IMG/VR virus record: IMGVR_UViG_3300012667_000931
Coordinates: 1-34,659 of that record
DNA length: 34,659 nt
DNA from: a virus
Lineage: Duplodnaviria > Caudoviricetes
Direction: 5' to 3' (one strand)
Shown here: positions 33,818-34,659 of the stretch, piece by piece
Numbering within the stretch: position 1 is the stretch's first letter
Layout: every line of letters starts with the position of its first letter
Notes under the pieces: generated by a model
Seen by the model: only the letters and a program-made list of their open reading frames with translations
What the model was told of the DNA's origin: nothing
The model's database searches: none
Position numbers and translations under genes: made by a program

Positions 33818-34615
33818 ATGACGGTTCAAATCAAAGTGCAGACCAACATCCCGGCGCTGGCCGCTGCGATGCGTGACGCGGCGGGGCAGGTGCCGTTTGC
33901 CACCATGCTGGCACTCAATAGCACGGCAAAGCAGGCGCAGTTCGATGTGCAGGCGCGCATGCGTCAAGTTTTTGACCGGCCTACCCAATGGGTGATCAAC
34001 AGCTTGCGAATCAAGCGAGCCACCAAAACCAACCTTTTTGCCGAGGTGGAATTCAAGGATCGAAGCGCCTCCGAAAATTCCCGGTCGATGGTGGAGCCGC
34101 ACATTTTTGGCGGCGACCGGCGATATAAGGCGATGGAGGCCCGGCTGTACCGGGCTGGCCTGCTGCCTGCTGGTTATCAGGCAGTGCCTGGGCAGGCTGC
34201 AAAGCTGGATGCGGCGGGCAATATGTCGCGTGGGCAAATCAGCCAGCTGCTGAACGTGCTGGGCACGTACCGAGAAGCCGGGTACAACAAAGCCGACGAG
34301 CGCACGCGGGCAAGGCTGGCCGCTGGCAACGCCAAAAAAGGCGTGTACGGTTTCGTTTATTGGGTCAACCCAGTGGCTGGTGCTGGCCGTCAAAAGCATT
34401 TGATGCCGGGCGTTTACCAGCGCGTCACCACCGGGTTTGGAACATCCCTCAAGCCGGTGCTGATTTTTGTGCGCAAGGCGCGCTACAAGCCGCGTCTGCC
34501 CTTCGCTGCCCTCGTCAACACAGCAGCGGCGCGAGACTTCCCTTCCCACTTTGACGCGGCACTGACCAAAGCGATGCAAACCGCCTTACTCAAATCGCAA
34601 GGGCGGCTGATTTGA
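33818..34615 (+). CDS. Neck/tail-completion protein (gpZ-like), basic
   Basis: QVPFATMLALN.TA...VFDRPT.W..NSL and Y..RLPF patterns; position just upstream of the terS/cos region in this gene order. Confidence 0.6.
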   Translation: MTVQIKVQTNIPALAAAMRDAAGQVPFATMLALNSTAKQAQFDVQARMRQVFDRPTQWVINSLRIKRATKTNLFAEVEFKDRSASENSRSMVEPHIFGGDRRYKAMEARLYRAGLLPAGYQAVPGQAAKLDAAGNMSRGQISQLLNVLGTYREAGYNKADERTRARLAAGNAKKGVYGFVYWVNPVAGAGRQKHLMPGVYQRVTTGFGTSLKPVLIFVRKARYKPRLPFAALVNTAAARDFPSHFDAALTKAMQTALLKSQGRLI

Positions 34616-34659
34616 CCCAAAAAACCATGCAAACCTGCCTAACACCCCCCCTATTAGGT

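Noticed and set aside
1-34659. tRNA, rRNA, IS elements, introns or inteins
   Set aside because: None recognised by eye; terL, portal and primase appear uninterrupted. tRNAscan-SE and Infernal were not run.

Overview
The window looks like a near-complete, ~34.7 kb, GC-rich siphovirus genome opened at or near a cos-type packaging site. The host is probably a betaproteobacterium (inferred from gene content only). The + strand runs: terS, lambda-GpA-type terL, an HTH activator-like gene, gpW-like protein, lambda-type portal, an inserted DUF4406/hypothetical/adenine-MTase block, S49 protease with nested scaffold, a decoration-like protein, Mu-gpT-type major capsid, neck/tail genes (G/GT -1 frameshift, tape measure, an inserted AT-rich C5-MTase-like moron, tip proteins, beta-helix tailspike) and lysis genes. 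The lysis module is interrupted and followed by two copies of a repeat-built expression scaffold (75-bp promoter/operator repeat A plus 99-bp structured repeat B) carrying different small, often acidic ORFs, and by a candidate anti-Shine-Dalgarno sRNA. A leftward early operon, a Cro-like gene, a TOPRIM-VapE primase-helicase, an iteron-like origin and a gpZ-like gene complete it. I see no integrase, CI repressor, tRNA or CRISPR array. All family assignments come from motif recognition by eye, not from database searches.
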